Shown in pieces: positions 59,384 to 64,000 of a DNA stretch of 64,000 nt (position 1 is its first letter; each line of letters opens with the position of its first letter). Made by a program: the position numbers and the translations under genes. The notes under the pieces are model-generated. The model was given only the letters and a program-made list of their open reading frames with translations, was not told the origin of the DNA and did no database searches. The DNA lies in assembly GCA_015257455.1 (NCBI GenBank), contig JABZKD010000001.1:72548-136547 (forward strand), read 5' to 3'. The DNA is from Candidatus Nanosynbacter sp. (GTDB lineage Bacteria; Patescibacteriota; Saccharimonadia; Saccharimonadales; Saccharimonadaceae).

Positions 59384-60448
59384 CTATTCTGCGATACCGT
59401 TTTCCGTGCGAATTACATCGAGCTCACACTTCTTCAATTCTGAGATAATATCGTCAATATCACCATCCATTACTGCATTTACATTCGATCTGGAATAATG
59501 AATACGATGATCCGTCACACGATCTTGTGGGAAATTATAAGTACGAATCTTCTCTGAACGATCACCCGTACCAATCAAATTTTTACGTGCTGCCGAAGCA
59601 TTTTTCGCCGCCTCCGCACGTTGAATATCGTTTAGGCGTGTACGTAGTACCATCATGGCACGCTCCTTATTTTGACGGAGAGAGCGCTCATCTTGCATTG
59701 CGACCATAATTCCGGTCGGCAAATGCGTAATACGAATAGCTGAATTAGTCGTGTTCACTGATTGGCCACCATGTCCACCCGCGTGGAAAATATCTATTCG
59801 TAAATCTTTTTCATCAATTACAATTTCCGACTCTTCTACCTCTGGTAAGGCCACCACTGTCACCGTAGAAGTATGAATGCGACCTTGCGATTCTGTGACT
59901 GGCACACGCTGTACACGATGCACGCCACCTTCAAATTTCATCGTCCCGAAAGGCGTGTCTCCGTCCATCTTAAAGACCACCTCTTTCACGCCACCGGTTT
60001 CATTAAGACTTTCGTTCATTAGTTCTACTTTAAAACCATGTTTTTCCGCATAACGCAAATACATACGATAAAGCTCAGCCGCAAACAACGAAGCCTCGTC
60101 ACCACCGGCCCCGGCTCGAATTTCCATAATCACTGGCTTATCGTCATCCGGATCACGTGGAATTAGCTTATCATCAAGTTGCCTGGTTAAATCGGTAATT
60201 TTTTCGGTAAGTTCCTGAATTTCCAGTTTCGCCATTTCGCCTAGTTCTGGGTCCGAAATGATTGCCTCGTCATCCTTAATCTGTTGCTCGGCGCGAGTAA
60301 TTTCATTTTTTAAATCCAAAATTGATTCAACCTCCGCCTTCCTCTTCGATTTTGCAGCAAAATCATTTTCGAGGTAAGCCTTCGGATTTTCCAAGAATTG
60401 GTTAAGCTGGGTCAATTCCAACTCTAAACTTTTGATTTTTTCATCCAT
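59384..60448 (-). CDS. prfA: Peptide chain release factor 1
   Basis: GGDEASLFA, PVT specificity motif, GGQ, DRSEKIRTYNFPQ. Confidence 0.97.
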   Translation of the reverse strand: MDEKIKSLELELTQLNQFLENPKAYLENDFAAKSKRKAEVESILDLKNEITRAEQQIKDDEAIISDPELGEMAKLEIQELTEKITDLTRQLDDKLIPRDPDDDKPVIMEIRAGAGGDEASLFAAELYRMYLRYAEKHGFKVELMNESLNETGGVKEVVFKMDGDTPFGTMKFEGGVHRVQRVPVTESQGRIHTSTVTVVALPEVEESEIVIDEKDLRIDIFHAGGHGGQSVNTTNSAIRITHLPTGIMVAMQDERSLRQNKERAMMVLRTRLNDIQRAEAAKNASAARKNLIGTGDRSEKIRTYNFPQDRVTDHRIHYSRSNVNAVMDGDIDDIISELKKCELDVIRTENGIAE

Positions 60449-60521
60449 ATTAGGTTAATTATATAATAACTTTCCGGAGATTCCAATGAGAAACCCAAAC
60501 TTTCAAACCTATTAAGCTTAG

Positions 60522-60550
60522 TTGACAAAATAAGCTAATTATGCTACAAT
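60522..60550 (+). promoter_or_regulatory. Near-consensus sigma70 promoter
   Basis: TTGACA-17nt-TACAAT with TG extension; -35 flanked by inverted AGCTTA/TAAGCT. Confidence 0.8.
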
Positions 60551-60723
60551 ATATACATTTATGGATTTAATCCATCGTACATTAATATCGTTTTCGTTTG
60601 TTTTTGTCTAATGTTTGGCAGCGTAGGGCATATAAAATTTATATTTCCTGCGCTGCTAAGCAGCAAATAGCCCCTATCATATTGACTCAAATCGAGTCTT
60701 ATCAAAGAAAGGAGATTTGCGCT

Positions 60724-61374
60724 ATGACAAATCAAACAATTAACGCTAGAAACCTTGTTACTGAATACTTAAGAAACATTGAGTTGCCATCTGACTTTGA
60801 CTTGCCATTCCTTGGCACTGAAAACCTCAAATTTCTGGCAAACTACTACATCCAAAAAGAGGCAAATACTGCAAGTAAAGCTGATTCTTTTCAGTCCGAA
60901 ACTAATCCATCTGAAGCCAATGAAAATCCATTACTTCAGGAAGAGGATGAGGAGTTATATAGAACCATTGATACAATTATAGCATCCATAGATCACGCAG
61001 AGCCAAAACCTCTTCTTGCAACTATTCGCTCTGATCGATGGTTTAATAACGGCGACGAAGTAGTGTGCTTCATTCAAGATGACGGCGACGAAGCTTTACT
61101 AAAAAAGAATGTTTTTGTCACCGGTAAGGTAGCTGCCGACTGGAAACAGCACGAAGGCTATGTTTCTATTCTCGCCAATGAAAAAGTTCACACTGGTGAC
61201 AATCAGGACGGACACGGACTGAGCTTCACTACGCGTGACCCACGCATCATGAAGGTCAGGGAGTATAATTATCTCAAAAATCACCCCGATTATCTGAAGA
61301 TGTGGATTACCAACCACTCTGCCTTGCTTCAGTTCAATCCTGAACCAATGCTTCAGGCTTTCGCTGAACAATAA
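60724..61374 (+). CDS. Hypothetical protein (orphan)
   Basis: SD AAGGAG before ATG 60724; 216 aa; followed by terminator. Confidence 0.75.
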   Translation: MTNQTINARNLVTEYLRNIELPSDFDLPFLGTENLKFLANYYIQKEANTASKADSFQSETNPSEANENPLLQEEDEELYRTIDTIIASIDHAEPKPLLATIRSDRWFNNGDEVVCFIQDDGDEALLKKNVFVTGKVAADWKQHEGYVSILANEKVHTGDNQDGHGLSFTTRDPRIMKVREYNYLKNHPDYLKMWITNHSALLQFNPEPMLQAFAEQ

Positions 61375-61397
61375 CAGTAATTAGTGTTAAGAAAAAC

Positions 61398-61433
61398 GAA
61401 AATACCTCCTAGTTATAGGGGGTATTTTCTTTT
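61398..61433 (+). terminator. Intrinsic terminator
   Basis: GAAAATACCTCCTA...TAGGGGGTATTTTC plus T-run. Confidence 0.8.
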
Positions 61434-61471
61434 TTACAACAAAAAAATCCCTTTACAGGATTTCTTAATCT

Positions 61472-61548
61472 TGGTGGATCTTACTGGGCTCGAACCAGTG
61501 ACCTTACGAATGTGAATCGTACGCTCTAGCCAACTGAGCTAAAGATCC
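61472..61548 (-). tRNA. trnV: tRNA-Val (CAC)
   Basis: Reverse complement GGATCTT-TAGCTCAG...TACGA-TTCACAT-TCGTA...GGTTCGAGCCC-AGT-AAGATCC-A-CCA. Confidence 0.95.
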
Positions 61549-61619
61549 ATAACTTCTCCATTATAATATATAATTCCACTTTTCACAAAAAAATAAGGCC
61601 ATTTGGCCTTATTTTGGAC

Positions 61620-61952
61620 TTAAGCTTCAGCTTTTTCTGCTTTTTTCTCAGCTTCTTTCATCTGCTTAGCAGCTTTGTTGGCGAGAGCCTGTTTCAAAGC
61701 TTCTGCCTTCATAGCACGAGCCTTGAAGCGGTCAACGCGACCTTCGGTATCGATAATCTTCTCTTCACCAGTAAAGAATGGGTGAGAAGCCGAAGAAATT
61801 TGAACCTTCACGAGTGGATATTCATTTCCATCGGTCCACTTGATAGTCTCTTCGCTCTTAGCGGTAGACTTAGTCAAGAAAGAAAAGTTCGCAGCGTCAT
61901 CAGCAAAAACCACAAAGCGATAATCTTTTGGATGCAATTCTTGTTTACTCAT
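61620..61952 (-). CDS. rpmE2: 50S ribosomal protein L31 type B with Ala/Lys-rich tail
   Basis: [37 protein letters not shown]; no Cys. Confidence 0.95.
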   Translation of the reverse strand: MSKQELHPKDYRFVVFADDAANFSFLTKSTAKSEETIKWTDGNEYPLVKVQISSASHPFFTGEEKIIDTEGRVDRFKARAMKAEALKQALANKAAKQMKEAEKKAEKAEA

Positions 61953-62108
61953 AATTAGTCACCATTTTATCAGATACTCGCGGTTTTTTCAATAGGGAAT
62001 TAGCTTTACAGATTCCACCTCTTATGTTAGGATAGAAAAGTAATTAATTTAATGAAACAGCTTCATCCGTTTTCCTGAAGACAAGGTGAAGTGAAGGGAA
62101 AGGAAAAC

Positions 62109-62795
62109 ATGTCCAAAACTATCGACATGAAAGAACTCCTAGAAGCAGGAGCTCACTTTGGTCACAAGACCTCACGTTGGCACCCAAAAATGGCTCAATA
62201 CATCCATAGCAAGCGCCAAGACACTCACATTATTAATCTTGAAAAGACCGTAGCTGGCCTCGAAGAAGCCCTCGCTCTTACCAAGAAAATCGCCAAAGAC
62301 GGCAAGAAAATTCTTTTCGTTGGTACCAAGAAACAACTCAAAGCTATCGTTAAAGAAGCCGCCGAATCTGTCGACATGCCATACGTTACCGAACGCTGGG
62401 TTGGTGGTACTCTCACTAACGTCGAAACTGTTAACCGCCAAATCAAGAAGGTTAAAGACCTCGAACGCCGCATGAAGACCGGTGAACTCGAAGCCCGCTA
62501 TTCTAAGCTCGAAGTTCAACGCTTCCAGGAAGAAATTGCCGTGCTTAACACTCGCTACGGTGGTATCAAGGATATGACTGATCAACCAGCCGCTATCATT
62601 GTCACCGACGCTTGCGAAGATAAGAATGCCATTAAGGAAGCTAAAACTCTTCACATTCCAGTTATCGCTATTTGTGACACCAATGTCGACCCAACCGATA
62701 TCAACATCGTCATTCCAGCTAACGACGATTCCACCAAGGCTGAAAAACTCATTCTTGATTACTTTGTCGAAGCTATCAAATCCGCCAAAAACTAA
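62109..62795 (+). CDS. rpsB: 30S ribosomal protein S2
   Basis: LLEAGAHFGH, RWVGGTLTN, DTNVDP, IPANDD. Confidence 0.98.
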   Translation: MSKTIDMKELLEAGAHFGHKTSRWHPKMAQYIHSKRQDTHIINLEKTVAGLEEALALTKKIAKDGKKILFVGTKKQLKAIVKEAAESVDMPYVTERWVGGTLTNVETVNRQIKKVKDLERRMKTGELEARYSKLEVQRFQEEIAVLNTRYGGIKDMTDQPAAIIVTDACEDKNAIKEAKTLHIPVIAICDTNVDPTDINIVIPANDDSTKAEKLILDYFVEAIKSAKN

Positions 62796-62819
62796 TTTTC
62801 ATCTATTAAGGAGATAAAA

Positions 62820-63410
62820 ATGGCAGAAATTACCATTGAAAACATCAAAAAACTTAAAGAATTATCTGGCGTAGGTCTCACCGATGCTAAAAAAGCTCTT
62901 GTCGAAGCCGATGGCGATTTCGACAAAGCCCTCAAAGCTATGCGTGAAAAGGGTCTCACCAAGGCTGAAAAACGCGGTGACCGTGAAACCCGCGAAGGTA
63001 TCGTCGACGCTTACATTCACGACGGCCGCCTTGGCGCTATCATCGAAGTGAACTGTGAAACTTCTTTCGTCGCTAACACCGATGAGTTCAAAGATCTTGC
63101 TCACAAACTTGCTATGCAAGTTGCTTCCATGGCTCCACTTTACGTTTCCGAAGAAGATATTCCAGCCGAAACTATGAAGGCAAAAATGGAAGAATTCGAA
63201 GCTAATTTCAAGGGTCCAGAAAATATGAAGGAACAAATCCTTTCTGGCCAAGTCAAAAAAGCTTTCTCCGACAAAGTTTTGATGCTCCAACCTTACATCC
63301 TCGATGATTCTAAGACCGTCGCAGAATTCATCAAGGAAATGATTGCAAAAACTGGTGAAAATATCACCGTCAAGCAATTCAAGCGCATCGAACTTGGCGT
63401 CACTGAATAA
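62820..63410 (+). CDS. tsf: Elongation factor Ts (short form)
   Basis: KKALVEADGD, EVNCETSFVA, GENITVKQF. Confidence 0.97.
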   Translation: MAEITIENIKKLKELSGVGLTDAKKALVEADGDFDKALKAMREKGLTKAEKRGDRETREGIVDAYIHDGRLGAIIEVNCETSFVANTDEFKDLAHKLAMQVASMAPLYVSEEDIPAETMKAKMEEFEANFKGPENMKEQILSGQVKKAFSDKVLMLQPYILDDSKTVAEFIKEMIAKTGENITVKQFKRIELGVTE

Positions 63411-63428
63411 ATTATTTATTCAAACCTA

Positions 63429-63461
63429 AAAATAGAATAGGCGAAAAACCTATTCTATTTT
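63429..63461 (+). terminator. Intrinsic terminator after tsf
   Basis: AAAATAGAATAGG...CCTATTCTATTTT. Confidence 0.85.
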
Positions 63462-63481
63462 TCTTGTGCTAAAATAGATGT

Positions 63482-64000
63482 ATGAATATTTTATTTGGTG
63501 CTTTTATCGGCCTTATCGCCCTCACATTACTCGTCGTCATTCACGAATTTGGCCACTTCATTATGGCAAAAAAATCTGGTGTCAAAGTTAACGAATTCGG
63601 TATCGGCCTTCCGCCACGCAAACTTGCCTGGCTTCATCTTCCAGCTAAAGAAGTCCAAAAGTTTTATGATCAATTAAAATCCGAGTCTAAGGCCAAAGTT
63701 AATCAAAAACGCCTCCAGAAATTGCTCGCTATGGGGAAGGACAAGACTAAACAAGATAAATATGTCTGGTTTTTCATTCCTAGCACCGAATACAAGAATG
63801 ACCCACTTTACAAACAAGATTATCTAATTTTCAGTATCAATCTCCTCCCACTAGGTGGCTTTTGTACCATGGATGGGGAATCAGACGCCGAAACTAAACC
63901 TCACACCTTTGGTGCCACCAATTATCTCCAAAAAACCGCCATTCTTTTCGGCGGTGTTACTATGAACTGGCTTTATGGTATTTTAATTTTTACCATTCTT
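63482..64000 (+). CDS. rseP: Site-2 protease RseP / M50 family (partial, runs off window)
   Basis: Own translation: MNILFG...VVIHEFGHF..AKKSGVKVNEFGIGLPP...LLPLGGF...GGVTMN; absent from ORF track because it is open-ended. Confidence 0.92.
   Translation, partial: MNILFGAFIGLIALTLLVVIHEFGHFIMAKKSGVKVNEFGIGLPPRKLAWLHLPAKEVQKFYDQLKSESKAKVNQKRLQKLLAMGKDKTKQDKYVWFFIPSTEYKNDPLYKQDYLIFSINLLPLGGFCTMDGESDAETKPHTFGATNYLQKTAILFGGVTMNWLYGILIFTIL

Noticed and set aside
60598..61548. Integrative element or prophage at tRNA-Val
   Set aside because: No integrase and no duplicated tRNA 3' end found; only one orphan gene
63495..63677. 60-aa ORF in the track
   Set aside because: Off-frame to the real open-ended rseP gene starting at 63482

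Overview
Low-GC, gene-dense chromosomal segment of a host-associated Patescibacteria (CPR) genome, most likely an oral/mammalian Saccharibacterium (TM7). This is inferred from gene content and style: a CPR-type conserved hypothetical before dnaX, Cys-less RecR/DnaX, DUF285/BspA surface proteins and an arginine deiminase operon. Core genes: rpmG, ppa, rarA, secE-nusG, rplK-rplA, rplJ-rplL (inverted), rlmH, dnaX-dnaB, ybaB-recR, rmuC, ackA, dnaJ (with CIRCE), rimK, comEC, rlmD, UvrD-nuclease, nrnA, cysS, yhhQ-tgt, lepB, htrA, prfA-prmC, rpmE2, rpsB-tsf, partial rseP, tRNA-Trp(CCA) and tRNA-Val(CAC). Accessory content: arcA-arcB-arcD-arcC inserted between nusG and rplK, three large DUF285/BspA-type surface proteins, a GH97 glycosidase, a sortase, a DUF421/SemiSWEET/DUF998 islet, and several self-contained orphan genes with their own promoter, SD and terminator. 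Notable non-gene patterns: apparent widespread leaderless transcription, systematic loss of structural Zn/Fe-S cysteine motifs, recurring paired intergenic direct repeats, C>G skew on the gene-rich strand, and a flavin-fold gene coupled to a minimal queuosine-salvage operon with an atypical TGT. No CRISPR array, transposase, integrase or reverse transcriptase was found. All family calls are by motif recognition, not database search.
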